Below, one piece after another: positions 31,082-41,383 of a DNA stretch of 64,000 bases. The notes beneath the pieces are model-generated. The model ran no database searches and was not told where the DNA came from. It saw only the letters and a list, made by a program, of their open reading frames with translations. Location: NCBI GenBank assembly GCA_003388555.1, contig QQVD01000018.1, positions 1,274-65,273 on the forward strand. The letters run 5' to 3'. The first letter of the stretch is position 1; the number at the start of each line of letters is the position of its first letter. Origin of the DNA: Acidobacteriota bacterium (GTDB taxonomy: Bacteria > Acidobacteriota > Thermoanaerobaculia > Multivoradales > Multivoraceae). Made by a program: the position numbers and the translations under genes.

Positions 31082-33523
31082 TCACAGCAGGTCCTGAGGA
31101 TCGACGTCGATCGTCAGCTCGCGGATCTCGAGCAGGCCGAGGTCCTCGAGCAGCCTGCGTATGCGGCGGCCCGAGGCGCCGCGCAGCAGCATCTGGAACC
31201 GCCACCGCCCGCGGAGCTTCTCGAACGCCGCTGGAGCGGGGCCGACGATCCGTAGCCCCCTGGCCAGCGGGTGCCGCTCGATGCGCCGGGCGATCTCGCG
31301 CATTCGTGACTCGGCCCGCTCGCGGCCCCGATCCTGCAGTAGCAGCGCCACCATGCGAGTGAAGGGCGGATAGTGGAAGATCTCCCGGAAACGAAGCTCC
31401 TCCCTGGCGAAGGCGTCGTCGTCGTGGTGCAGAGCGGCTTGGATCGCATAGTGCTCCGGATGGTGTGTCTGGATCACGAAGCGGCCGCGACGGTCGCCGC
31501 GCCCGGCCCTGCCCGCGACCTGGGTGAGCAGGTTGTAGGTGCGCTCGACAGCACGAAAGTCGGGGAAGCCGAGGTAGGTGTCGGCCGACATCACCGCCAC
31601 CAGGTGCACGTTCGGGAAGTGGTGTCCCTTGGCCACCATCTGAGTGCCCACCAGTACCCGTGTGCGGCCGCTGCGGAACCGCTCGAGCACCGCCGCGACT
31701 CCGCCGCGACGCTGGGTGCTGTCGCGATCGAGCGTGGCGACCTCGACACCGGGGAAGAGGCTGCGGAAGTCGTCCTCGACCCGCTCGGTCCCGGCGCCGA
31801 TCGCCTCGAGAGCCGCCTCGCCGCAGCTCGGACAGCGCTTCGGCACCGGCAGCATCGAACCGCAGTAGTGGCAGAGCATCCGCCCCTCCCTGCGATGCCA
31901 GGTCCGCGGCAGGCCGCAGTCCTCGCAGCGCTGGTCCTCGCCGCAGGCCCGGCACAGCAGCAGCGGCGCGAATCCGCGACGGTTGCGCAGCAGGATGATC
32001 TGGCGCTCCTCCTTCAGTGCAGCCTCGATTTCGCTCCGTAGCAGCTGCGAGAAGTGCACCTCACCCGGCCGGTGCGAGAACGACTCGCGGCGCAGGTCGA
32101 CCAGCACGCCCTCGGGCAGGCCGCCCTCCCCCACCCGCTCGGTGAGCTCGAGCTCGCCGTAGCGTTCGCGGGCGACGTTGAGCCGGCTCTCGAGGCTCGG
32201 TGTGGCCGACGCCAGGAGCGCCGTCGCCCCCTCGCTGCGTGCCCGTACCAGGGCGAGGTCGCGGCCGTTGTAGCGCGGCGTGGCGTCCTGCTTGTAGGCC
32301 GCATCGTGCTCCTCGTCGACCACCACCAGGCCCAGCCTCTTCAGCGGCGCGAAGACTGCCGAGCGTGGACCGACGACGATCTGGGCCGCCCCGGAGCGGA
32401 TCCGCTGCCACTGATCGGAGCGTTCGGCGCGCGACAGGTTCGAGTGCAGCACCGCGACCCGCCCTGCGAAGCGCTCGACCAGGGTGCGTGCCAGGGCCGG
32501 GACCATCGCGATCTCCGGCACCATGACGATCGATCCACGCTGTTGCCCGAGCGAGTGGGCGATCGCTCGCAGATAGACCTCGGTCTTGCCCGATCCGGTC
32601 ATCCCGCGCAGCAGCCATGGAGAGAACTCGGCCCGCGCCAGGGCCTCCTCCAGTCGTCGCACCGCAACGCTCTGGTCGGCGCGCAGCTCGAAGGGAGCGA
32701 CGGTCGCGCTGGCGAGCAGGTGGCGGTCGACCGGCTGCTGGCGGACCTCGGTGAACTTGCGCACCAGGCCGAGCTCGTCGAGCCTGCGCACCACGCCCGA
32801 CGAGCAGTCGGCCGCACGACAGATCTCGTCGGAGCTCGCCGGCCGCCCCGCCTCGAGCAGCCAGGCGAACGCGGCGCGGGCCTTCGGGGAGCGCGCCAAC
32901 ACCTCTTCCCCCCGCTGTCGCTCGCCGGGCACCGCTTCGTACGCGGTGCGGTAGCGGCCGCTGGCGGTGTCGTCCGACTCGATGCGGATCCAACCACGCT
33001 CTCGCATCTCCTCGAGGGTGGCGCCGAGCTCGGGCGTATCGATCCGCTCCACGACCTCGTGCTGGCGAAGGGCGCCGCGATCGATCAGCAGCGCACGGAC
33101 CTCCTTGGCCAGCCCTTCGGCGCGGGCCTGGAACATGCCGCGGTCGGTGATCCGGATCCGCCTCGCGCCCCAGCTCTCGAGGCCTGAAGGAACGACGCCG
33201 CGCAGCACCTCGCCGATCGGCGCGAGGTAGTAGTCGGCGGTGAAGCGGGCGAGGTCCAGCAGCGCCCGCGGCACCACCGGCTGGTCGTCGAGAACCGCGC
33301 CGATCGGCTTCAGCTGCTGCGGCTCGATGTCGGCAGGCGCCGAGGCGTCGGGTTCGACGATGATGCCGACCACGCTGCGGCGTCCCAGGGGTACCCGGAC
33401 ACGGACTCCGGTCTGGAGCTTCGCGTGCGCCGGCGCCGTGTAGGTGAGAGGCTGGTGCAGCGGCGCCGGCACCGCCACGGCCACGCATCGCGGCAGGGTG
33501 TTCTTCTCGCGGTGTTCGCCCAA
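31082..33523 (-). CDS. priA: Primosomal protein N' (PriA)
   Basis: GMTGSGKTEVY, DEEHD, SATPS, NRRGF, four CxxC zinc motifs, GTQMVAKGHHFP, QVAGRAGR. Start estimated (TTG). Confidence 0.95.
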   Translation of the reverse strand: MGEHREKNTLPRCVAVAVPAPLHQPLTYTAPAHAKLQTGVRVRVPLGRRSVVGIIVEPDASAPADIEPQQLKPIGAVLDDQPVVPRALLDLARFTADYYLAPIGEVLRGVVPSGLESWGARRIRITDRGMFQARAEGLAKEVRALLIDRGALRQHEVVERIDTPELGATLEEMRERGWIRIESDDTASGRYRTAYEAVPGERQRGEEVLARSPKARAAFAWLLEAGRPASSDEICRAADCSSGVVRRLDELGLVRKFTEVRQQPVDRHLLASATVAPFELRADQSVAVRRLEEALARAEFSPWLLRGMTGSGKTEVYLRAIAHSLGQQRGSIVMVPEIAMVPALARTLVERFAGRVAVLHSNLSRAERSDQWQRIRSGAAQIVVGPRSAVFAPLKRLGLVVVDEEHDAAYKQDATPRYNGRDLALVRARSEGATALLASATPSLESRLNVARERYGELELTERVGEGGLPEGVLVDLRRESFSHRPGEVHFSQLLRSEIEAALKEERQIILLRNRRGFAPLLLCRACGEDQRCEDCGLPRTWHRREGRMLCHYCGSMLPVPKRCPSCGEAALEAIGAGTERVEDDFRSLFPGVEVATLDRDSTQRRGGVAAVLERFRSGRTRVLVGTQMVAKGHHFPNVHLVAVMSADTYLGFPDFRAVERTYNLLTQVAGRAGRGDRRGRFVIQTHHPEHYAIQAALHHDDDAFAREELRFREIFHYPPFTRMVALLLQDRGRERAESRMREIARRIERHPLARGLRIVGPAPAAFEKLRGRWRFQMLLRGASGRRIRRLLEDLGLLEIRELTIDVDPQDLL

Positions 33524-33554
33524 CGTAGCCCCACCGTAGCCCAAGCCTGGCGAG

Positions 33555-33860
33555 CTACGTCGCGACGCGACAGCGACCGCAGAGCAGGCGGCCACCTGGG
33601 CCCTCGACGAGGCGCTGGCGCGGGGTGTGAACACCGCACTGCGTACACACCGCCAGCAGCTCGACCCGGCGCGGTCGCGCATCGCCCGCATCGACGTCAT
33701 CGCCGTCGCGGGCGGCTGTCGATCGTCGTCGACGCATCTCGTCCGCCAGGCGGCGCGCCGCCTGCACGTCCGGCCGTTCGAGCAACCCGGCGATCTGCGA
33801 CCGGATCGCCATCCAGATCAGGATCAGGGCGATCAGAACGACCAGCAGCTTGCTCAGCAT
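33555..33860 (-). CDS. Small membrane-anchored protein with CxxC...CxxC (PP0621-like)
   Basis: N-terminal TM, then CTQCGVH...LCGRC. Confidence 0.65.
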   Translation of the reverse strand: MLSKLLVVLIALILIWMAIRSQIAGLLERPDVQAARRLADEMRRRRSTAARDGDDVDAGDARPRRVELLAVCTQCGVHTPRQRLVEGPGGRLLCGRCRVAT

Positions 33861-33887
33861 CGCGGGCCGACCCTCGGAGCCTGAGGC

Positions 33888-34409
33888 TCAGTCCTCTTCC
33901 GCTGCCTTGGCCTTCTTGCGCTTGGCGATGCTGGCGTTGAGCGCTTTCTCGACGAGCTTCTCGGCGTCCTCTTCGGCGATCTTCTTGACGTGCGCGACTT
34001 CACTGACGATGAAGTACTTGGCGCTCTCGTACATCTTCTTCTCGCGGAAGGAGAGGCTCTTCTTCTGGCTGACCAGACGGAGGTTCTTGAGTACCTCGGC
34101 GACGTCGGGCAGCGAGCCCGTCTTCATCTTGTCGAGGTTCTGCTTGTACCGACCCTTCCAGTCCTTGTAGGTGTCGATCTTGCCGTCCTCGAGCAGGGTG
34201 AAGAGGTCCTTGATGTCCTTCGCCCGGCACAGCGGCCGCAGTCCGACGAGCTCGAGGTTCTGCTCGGGCACCATCACCTTCGAGTCGTTCGACAGCAGTC
34301 GCAGGTGGTAGAACGTCTGCTGCATCCCGTCGATCGAGCTGTCCGCGATCTCCTCGACGACGCTGACCCCGTGATTCGGGTACACCACTTTCTGTCCAAG
34401 TTCGAACAA
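33888..34409 (-). CDS. carD: CarD/CdnL family transcription regulator
   Basis: GQKVVYPNHGV, GLRPL, WKGRYKQNLDKMKTG, LSFREKKM. Confidence 0.93.
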   Translation of the reverse strand: MFELGQKVVYPNHGVSVVEEIADSSIDGMQQTFYHLRLLSNDSKVMVPEQNLELVGLRPLCRAKDIKDLFTLLEDGKIDTYKDWKGRYKQNLDKMKTGSLPDVAEVLKNLRLVSQKKSLSFREKKMYESAKYFIVSEVAHVKKIAEEDAEKLVEKALNASIAKRKKAKAAEED

Positions 34410-34751
34410 AGCTCGGCTCCTTCTCTATCGCTGCCCATCACCCTTGAGCCCGGATCGCGTCTCGAGACACGCTCCGTCCCGAGACACGAAGAGCCTGGCG
34501 CGCTTCCCCGCGCGCTCAGGAACAGCTTCGACCCGGCGCAGGCGATGCTGGATGTACTGTCGGCAGCCCGGCTCTCGCTTCCGGGCACTCTCCGAGGAGG
34601 CCCGAGGATTGCATAATCGGCGCCGATTGTCAATCTGCCGGGCGGCAGTTTCATTGGGTGGAACCGGACTCCGGGCCACCTGTGGCACCGTGCCACAACC
34701 TCCAGCGGAGACGTTCAGGGGACATTCATCGGCCTCGGGCGAGGCGCCGGT

Positions 34752-34781
34752 TTGACACCCCCTCCACCCCGCCTCTACGAT
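34752..34781 (+). promoter_or_regulatory. Sigma70 promoter of tRNA-Leu (TTGACA-N18-TACGAT)
   Basis: Perfect -35 at 34752-34757 and -10 at 34776-34781. Confidence 0.7.
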
Positions 34782-34805
34782 GACCGGCCGGCCGGACGGC
34801 TCTCA

Positions 34806-34891
34806 GCCGGAGTGGCGGAATGGCAGACGCGGGGGACTCAAAATCCTCTGCCCGCAAGGGCTTGTGGGTTCGACTCCCACCTCCGGTACCA
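34806..34891 (+). tRNA. tRNA-Leu(CAA)
   Basis: GCCGGAG/CTCCGGT acceptor stem, anticodon loop CTCAAAA, long variable arm, GTTCGAC, encoded CCA. Confidence 0.96.
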
Positions 34892-34996
34892 GCACCGACC
34901 GTCGGCGACCCTGCCGACACCCGACCAAGCGGCGCCTGTCAGGCCAGCCTCCGTCTCCTGTCCCGGAGATCGCCTGGCCGAACCGGGGGCCGTCGC

Positions 34997-36667
34997 TCAG
35001 GGCTGCGACGCCGACTGCTGCTCCGTCGGCTCCAGGGTCTCGAGGTCAGTGTCGTCCTCGATCTCCACACCGGCCTCTTCGAGCAGCTGGCCGGTGGCCT
35101 TGTAGAAGGCGGTGAGGGCGCGACGGTACGCGGTGATGGCATTCACCTCGCGGCTGCGCGCCTGAGACAGATCCTCCTGGATCTCGAGCACCTGGAAGCT
35201 GGTGGTGATGCCGTTCTCGTAGCGCTTCTCCTCGGCGTCGAGGTTGCGCTCCGCGAGCTCACGGGAGATGCGTGCCGAGTCGATCTGCTGCGCCGCGGTG
35301 CGCACACCTCGCGCCGCCCGGCGCACGTCGGTCTGGACCTGCAGCAGTGTCTGTTCGAGCTGGGTCTCTCCCTGTTCGAGCGCGAGATCGGCGATCGTCG
35401 ACTGGGCACGGGCGGCCCGGTTCTGCAGCGGCATCGCGAAGTTCAGCGCCACCTGCCAGGCGTCGAAGTCCCGGTCGATCACCTGATCGAGCGCGTCGTC
35501 GTAGCCTCCTGGAACGATCGTGACCACCGGATCGGGGTCGAAGATGCTGCCTTCGGTGACCGCGACGTCGCCACCCAGGCCGCTGTAGCCGTAGCGGACC
35601 TCGAGGCCGAGGCGCGGCAGCCTTTGGTTGCGGAAGAACCGCGAGTCGAGCGCCAGCTGCTCGATCCGTTTCCGTGCCGCGCGCACTTCCGGGCGCTCCT
35701 GGTTGGCGGTGGCGAGGGCCCGGTCCAGATCGATCTCGAGGCGCGCCTGCTCGGGGTCCGTAGCGGGCACGATCTGCGCGTCCCAGAACCTCGGGCCGTC
35801 GAGGTTCAGCAGCTCCCGCAGCGAGTCCGCGGCATCCTCGACGTCGGCCTCGAGACGGATGATGTCTTCCTGTCGGGTGGCGATGCCCACCTCGGACTGG
35901 ATGAGCTCGAGCGGCGCCTTGGTGCCGACATCGACCTGCACCTTGTTCATCTCGTGCAGTTCCTCGGCCAGTCCGAGACTCTCCCGCGCCACTTCGAGCT
36001 GGGCCCTCGACTCGACCAGGCTCCAGTAGGCGCTCTCGACCAGCTCGATGGTGTCCGACACCGCCCGCTCGAGGTCCTCGAGCGCGATCTCGGCGTCGAG
36101 TCCCGCGATGCGCAGGTTCCGCTCGGTCGCCAGTCGGCCCCGCCCGCGCAGCAGCGGCTGCGAGAAGACCGCCTCGATGCCGACGTCGAAGCTGGGGTTG
36201 ATCTGGGCGAACACCGAGTTCGACTCGAAGCGCTGGTTGGTGAAGGAGAGTCCCGCCACGCCGCCGGTCGGGATCAGTCGGTCGAGGCCGAGATTCAGGC
36301 TCTGGGTCTCGGACAGCCTCACGTCGGCGCCGTCGAGCTGCGAGGCAGCAGGCGTCGTCGAATCGCGGATCAGCCCATCGCCGGTCAGGTTGTAGTCGTA
36401 GATGCCGCGGTTCTGCAGCACCGTGAAGAGCGCCCGGCTGCGCTGGAAACGCTGGATCCGCAGTCCGAGATTGCGCTGCAGCGCGACCGCGATCGCCTCG
36501 TCGAGCCGCAGCTCCAGCACGTTGTCGTTGGTCGCCAGGGAGCTCTCTGCGTCGATCGTCTTCCACGACGTGCGGAAGGTCTTCGGCTCCTGTGCGAGGG
36601 ATGCAACCGGCGCCAGCGCGAGCAGCACCAGTGCCAGACCGGGGATCGAAAGCGTCGCTTTACGCAT
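34997..36667 (-). CDS. TolC-family outer membrane protein
   Basis: Signal peptide, LRLDEAIAVALQRN, QPLLRG, AYWSL, and RYENGITTSFQVLEIQ (two OEP repeats). Confidence 0.9.
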   Translation of the reverse strand: MRKATLSIPGLALVLLALAPVASLAQEPKTFRTSWKTIDAESSLATNDNVLELRLDEAIAVALQRNLGLRIQRFQRSRALFTVLQNRGIYDYNLTGDGLIRDSTTPAASQLDGADVRLSETQSLNLGLDRLIPTGGVAGLSFTNQRFESNSVFAQINPSFDVGIEAVFSQPLLRGRGRLATERNLRIAGLDAEIALEDLERAVSDTIELVESAYWSLVESRAQLEVARESLGLAEELHEMNKVQVDVGTKAPLELIQSEVGIATRQEDIIRLEADVEDAADSLRELLNLDGPRFWDAQIVPATDPEQARLEIDLDRALATANQERPEVRAARKRIEQLALDSRFFRNQRLPRLGLEVRYGYSGLGGDVAVTEGSIFDPDPVVTIVPGGYDDALDQVIDRDFDAWQVALNFAMPLQNRAARAQSTIADLALEQGETQLEQTLLQVQTDVRRAARGVRTAAQQIDSARISRELAERNLDAEEKRYENGITTSFQVLEIQEDLSQARSREVNAITAYRRALTAFYKATGQLLEEAGVEIEDDTDLETLEPTEQQSASQP

Positions 36668-37257
36668 AAGGGGGAGAGGACCTCGCGAATTCGGCCGGAA
36701 CGAGTCTCGTTCGGCGGTGTCTCAGGAGCGGCGCCGGAGAGCAGGCCGCGGGATGGTCGGTGGGGACGGATGGGTCGCCGCGCTTGCACGATTCGCCGGC
36801 TGCAGCCTCTGGCCAGCCGCGGAAGTCGGACTTCGCGCCGGCGCGGGGTTGGAGGCGTACTGCCGGAGAGGAGGCGCGGCTTGTCGTGGAGAGCTTAGCG
36901 GCATGCCGGAGAGCTCGGCGTTCCTCGGGTCAGGTTCGACATTCCCAGGCGCTCGGACGCGGCCGCGGCGGTCGCCACGGTCCGTCGCCCGGTCCTCGTT
37001 CTCCGACGCACAGAGTAGACGCTGGCCGGGGTGACCTGTTTCCATCGACCGAGTCGTTGTCCGTACGTCGCACACCGCCAAAAGTTCCATCGTCCACGAG
37101 GGCGGACCGCCGCCGAAGTCACCGTATCTCGGGCCTGTGACCCTGTCCGGTCTCCGCGAACCGGATCCGGGCGACCGTCGGGGGCCACGGCTCCGCGATC
37201 TCCCGCGGCCGTTCCGAGTCGACAGGCGTCGCCGTGTCGGATCGTGTCCGGGTCGTC

Positions 37258-38994
37258 TCAGCGACTACGCAGCAACTCGCGGATCGCTTCCAGCGCGGCG
37301 CAGAGGGCGAACCCGGTGGCGCCGGCCTCGCGGCCGTCAGCCTCCTTGGCTCGGTAGGCAGGCCCGGCGATGTCTAGATGCGCCCACTCCCCTGCCCTGA
37401 CGAACTGGGAGAGGAACGCGGCGGCGGTGTTGGCGCTGCCCCAGCGCTCCGACGAGTTGCGAAGCCTGGCGTGCACGCCGCGCATCCGCTCGACGTCCTC
37501 ACTCCACAGCGGCAGGCGCCACAGACGCTCGCCGGTCCGCCGACCGGACTCGATCAACGAATTGGCGAGGCGGTCGCTCGGTGTGTAGACGGCGGCGGCG
37601 TCGTTGCCGAGGGCGACGACTGCGGCTCCGGTGAGGGTCGACATCTCGAGCAGCAGCCGCGGAGTGTGTCGCGACGCCAGGGCGAGAGCGTCGGCCAGGA
37701 TGAGTCGCCCCTCGGCGTCGGTGTTGATCACCTCGACAGTCGTCCCGTCGGCCATCTCGAGGATGTCGCTGGGGCGGTAGGCGGCGGCATCCGGGAGGTT
37801 CTCGGCCAGCGGCAGCAGCACGTCGAGCTCGATCGGCACCTCGAGGTCGGCGAGGAGCAGGCCGAGTGCGAGCACCGTGCAGGCGCCGCACTTGTCGTAC
37901 TTCATCTCCTCCATCGACGCCGCGGGCTTGATCGACAGGCCGCCGCTGTCGAAGGTGACGCCCTTTCCGACCAGGGCGACCCGCGGTGGCGAGCCGTCCT
38001 CGGCGCTCGCCGACCTCGTCGCACCGCCGCTGCTGAGGCGCACGAGCCGGGGGCCGTTGACCGAACCGCCTCCGACCGCGGCGAGCCCGCCGAGGCCTTC
38101 GGCACGAATTCGATCCGGCCCCCACACCTCGACCCGCAGGCCGGCGTCGCGGCCTACCCGTCGGGCCAGCCCGGCGATCCACTCCGGCGTGGCGATGTTG
38201 GCCGGCACGTTGCCGAGCGCCCGCGCGAAGCCGAGCCGAGCGATGACCCGGCGCAGCTCGCGCTCCTCCTGCTCTCCAAACGACCCAGGGAGCAAACAGC
38301 CGCACAGCTTCACCTCGAGCTCCGGAGCTCGTTCTCCCGCCCCTTTGCGTGCGTCGCGGAAGGCATCGAAGCGGAAGAGACCTTCGTCGATGGCGCGCGC
38401 CAGGCGCAGCCGGCTGTCGAACAGAGGCGCTGCGCGACCGGGACCGGCCTCCCCCGCGACGCCGTCGCCGCCGGCCAGTGCCACGAGCGTGACGCTGGCG
38501 GCGCCGACCTCGCGCGCCATCACCAGCGCTCCCCGGACCCAGGCATGGGCCGGGGCCCCGCGATCGGAGACCGGAACGTGCCCTGCGCCGGCGGAGGTCG
38601 ACCCGGCGTCGTCCGGCGCCGGCCGCACCACCTGCAGGTGGAGCCCGTCCGACGACACGCCGCGCAGGCTACGGGTCGAACGAGACCGGCCGGCGCCGGC
38701 GCTGCTGCGCCGACCGCGAGCATCCGCTGGACGCCGTGCGCCTCCACCGTCCCGGTCGAGGGCGTCGAGGTGGACCTCCAACGCCCGCCGCAGTTCGGCC
38801 GGCAGACCGTCGAGTGCATCGCGACCGACGGTCGCCGGCGCGAAGACGCTCACCAGCTCGGAGCGAGCAGCCCGCGGCGGCACCCGCCTCAGGCGGGGCA
38901 TGCGGTCGACGACGAAGGTCGTCGCCAGCTCTTCCGCGAGCAGCGCCGCGCGCTGCCTCCGACCGCCGCGCGGCTCTCGGCGAGCCGGGCTCAT
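37258..38994 (-). CDS. pepA: M17 leucyl aminopeptidase
   Basis: LVGKGVTFDSGG, MKYDKCGA, NTDAEGRLILADAL, TLTGA, WAHLDIAG. Confidence 0.9.
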   Translation of the reverse strand: MSPARREPRGGRRQRAALLAEELATTFVVDRMPRLRRVPPRAARSELVSVFAPATVGRDALDGLPAELRRALEVHLDALDRDGGGARRPADARGRRSSAGAGRSRSTRSLRGVSSDGLHLQVVRPAPDDAGSTSAGAGHVPVSDRGAPAHAWVRGALVMAREVGAASVTLVALAGGDGVAGEAGPGRAAPLFDSRLRLARAIDEGLFRFDAFRDARKGAGERAPELEVKLCGCLLPGSFGEQEERELRRVIARLGFARALGNVPANIATPEWIAGLARRVGRDAGLRVEVWGPDRIRAEGLGGLAAVGGGSVNGPRLVRLSSGGATRSASAEDGSPPRVALVGKGVTFDSGGLSIKPAASMEEMKYDKCGACTVLALGLLLADLEVPIELDVLLPLAENLPDAAAYRPSDILEMADGTTVEVINTDAEGRLILADALALASRHTPRLLLEMSTLTGAAVVALGNDAAAVYTPSDRLANSLIESGRRTGERLWRLPLWSEDVERMRGVHARLRNSSERWGSANTAAAFLSQFVRAGEWAHLDIAGPAYRAKEADGREAGATGFALCAALEAIRELLRSR

Positions 38995-39116
38995 GGCGAC
39001 CCGGGTGAGCTCGGACCGCTCGCCGACCTCGCCGCCGCGCCGACGGCGCCGCGACTGCGGTTACAGTCCGGGTCCACCCCACACGCCTGCTGTCGCCGTG
39101 CAGCGCGAGAAGCCCG

Positions 39117-41156
39117 ATGGCCGAACAAGACAACCTGCTCGACCACCTCCGAGGTCCGTTCAACTTCCTCGATCCGTCGATCGAGTCGATCCGACTTCAC
39201 CACGCGCGGCTCTCCCAGCTCCTGCCCAGGCCGCGTCCGATCTTCCTGCGCGACGGAGCCGCGACGCCCGTCATGGGCTTCCCGGTCCAGCGCAATCGCA
39301 GCGCGCTACGTCTCGCCGAGGCGCTGCGACTCTACATCGAGTCGGAGGAGCGAGCACAGGTCGCCACCCTGACCGGCGGCGCCGGCTTCGACCTGCGCTC
39401 GCACCAGATGGCCTGGTCCAACTACCGCGAGCAGCTCGAGGAGGTCAGCGAGAACCTGTTCAGCTCGAACTACGGGCGGAGCTTCCCGCAGATCTTCTGG
39501 CTCGACCACTCTCGTGACCTGGTGACGATCCTGCGCGGCACGCCGAGCCGGATCCGCCGTCTCGACCTGCAGATCGGCAAGCGTCGAGGAGAACAGCTGC
39601 GCTACACGGTGCTGTTCAAGTTCCTGCAGCGGGTGATCGCGCTGTGCTACGACCTCGCGGCGAGGATCTCACGCGAAACCGGGCAGACCGAAGAGGAGCT
39701 GTTCCCGCCCATCCTGACCCTGATGCAGGACAACGTGCTGATCCTGACCGAGGACCACGTCGGGCGGGAGCTCGAGGAGCTGGTCGGCTACTTCCGCGGC
39801 TACCTCAAGATCGACGGCCGCAGCCTCCTCTATCGGGTCGCTCTCCTGCGCAGCTGGCACCGCGAGACGCTGGCAGCGGACCCCTTCCTGCGCAGGACGG
39901 CGGAGACCCTGCACCCGGGAAGCGACGAGGCTCCCGACTCGCTCCTCCATCGTCAGGGCTACCTGGACATCCTGTCAGGACATCCCGGTTACGATCCGGC
40001 CGCCCTGCTCGGACCTCCGGAGATCCGGCTCTGGTCGGCCCTGCTCGAGAAGCTCAAGGAGTTCGAGCTACTCAACGCCACCCGCCGGCTGATCGTCGAG
40101 GTCACTGCGTCCGAGCGTGGCTATCTCTGCCCGGGCAGCGCCGCGAAGCGACTCGGGCTGCCGCCGCAGGACGTCGAGCTCTTCCGCGAGACCCGCCCAC
40201 TCGACTTCTCCGCACCGTGGATCATCGATCCCGAGGTCTCGCGCGTCGGCCTGATCTACGACATCACCGAGTTCTCGGCCATCGTCAGCATCGTCCGCCT
40301 CGCCGATCGCGCCTCACAGAACGACTCGTACCGGCAGATCTTCACCTTCCAGCACCGGATCAACCAGATCGCTCGCCTGCTCCGGTTGCGCATCGAGAAG
40401 TACCTCGGCGACGGCGCCTTCTATTCGGGGCGCAATCCGCTGCGCATGCTGATCGCGGCGCTGCGCATGCAGCGGGCCTACGCGGCCGCGGTGGCTGACG
40501 GATTCCCCTTCGACCGCGGCATGCGCCTGGCGCTGAACTTCGGTTCCTACCGACTGCTGCCGCTCGGCGGCAGCAACACAACCGAGGAGGAGCGCTACGA
40601 GGTCTACGGCCACGGACTGGTCGAGCTGTCGCGTCTGGTCAGCGGCAAGAAGGGGCTCGACTTCGAGGAGATCAAGTCGGTGCTGATCGCGCGCGGCTAC
40701 GACGAGCTGGCGGTCAACGACTTCTTCGCGCCGGTGACCGCGGACAGCGCGCGCGCCACGTTCGATCGCGCCAAGGGCGAGTTCTTCGCCGAGCTGAGCC
40801 GTGACGGCGCGCTGGTCAACGAGGGGATCGTCGCCACCGAGCGCTTCCTCGAGGAGCTGCAGCGGAGCCGGCACCTCGGACCGCTGTTCAAGGCGCAAAG
40901 GGACGATCGCAGCTATGTCGTCGTCGCCCAGCCCGCCGGTCCGGGCGAACGTGAGCTCATCGCGGTGAGGCGGCTCGGCCTCGCCCGTCTCAAGGGCCTC
41001 GACAAGCTCTCGGTGTACGAGGTGCTCGACGCCACCGGTTGGGAGCTCAAGCGCGAGGACCAGCTGCACCGCGTGCCGCTGGTGCAGGCGATCAACGAGT
41101 CGTTCACCGCCAGCCTCGCTCGCGCCGGCCGGCCGACGCCGATCCGTCCGCTCTAG
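39117..41156 (+). CDS. Hypothetical soluble protein with class III nucleotidyl-cyclase-like domain
   Basis: [22 protein letters not shown] and [14 protein letters not shown] in cyclase order and spacing; ~370-aa uncharacterised N-terminus. Confidence 0.7.
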   Translation: MAEQDNLLDHLRGPFNFLDPSIESIRLHHARLSQLLPRPRPIFLRDGAATPVMGFPVQRNRSALRLAEALRLYIESEERAQVATLTGGAGFDLRSHQMAWSNYREQLEEVSENLFSSNYGRSFPQIFWLDHSRDLVTILRGTPSRIRRLDLQIGKRRGEQLRYTVLFKFLQRVIALCYDLAARISRETGQTEEELFPPILTLMQDNVLILTEDHVGRELEELVGYFRGYLKIDGRSLLYRVALLRSWHRETLAADPFLRRTAETLHPGSDEAPDSLLHRQGYLDILSGHPGYDPAALLGPPEIRLWSALLEKLKEFELLNATRRLIVEVTASERGYLCPGSAAKRLGLPPQDVELFRETRPLDFSAPWIIDPEVSRVGLIYDITEFSAIVSIVRLADRASQNDSYRQIFTFQHRINQIARLLRLRIEKYLGDGAFYSGRNPLRMLIAALRMQRAYAAAVADGFPFDRGMRLALNFGSYRLLPLGGSNTTEEERYEVYGHGLVELSRLVSGKKGLDFEEIKSVLIARGYDELAVNDFFAPVTADSARATFDRAKGEFFAELSRDGALVNEGIVATERFLEELQRSRHLGPLFKAQRDDRSYVVVAQPAGPGERELIAVRRLGLARLKGLDKLSVYEVLDATGWELKREDQLHRVPLVQAINESFTASLARAGRPTPIRPL

Positions 41157-41184
41157 CAGTCCCGGAGGGCCATCCGGGACTGCT
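41155..41184 (+). terminator. 12-bp stem hairpin after the cyclase-like gene
   Basis: AGCAGTCCCGGA-GGGCCA-TCCGGGACTGCT; no U-tract. Confidence 0.55.
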
Positions 41185-41252
41185 GGACCGGGCCGAGTCG
41201 GGCGCAGCGCCGCTCGGCCCGTGACCTGGCCCGCTATGATCGCCGCGCCGTT

Positions 41253-41299
41253 GCGGAGGCGTCACGCGGAGGCGTCACGCGGAGGCGTCGCGCGAAGGC
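41253..41299. repeat. 13-bp tandem repeat (GCGGAGGCGTCAC) x ~3.5
   Basis: Read directly; follows TATGAT at 41235-41240, upstream of purC. Confidence 0.9.
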
Positions 41300-41383
41300 C
41301 GTCGTTTTCGCGCTTCTGGCAGGTCGGCCGCCAACCCGACAGAAGCGACAACCACAGACCTCACAGCCAGGGAGAGGCTTCCC

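Noticed and set aside
34901-34918. GTCGGC...GCCGAC hairpin after tRNA-Leu, and TGTCGGCCGACA inside priA (~31579), as extra parS-like sites
   Set aside because: The length and core differ from the 16-mer; they are better explained as a post-tRNA hairpin and as coding sequence (MSADT).
41218-41383. ZMP/ZTP (pfl) riboswitch before purC
   Set aside because: CGTGACCTGGC only superficially resembles the motif; the downstream CGCCTGGGC pseudoknot segment is absent.
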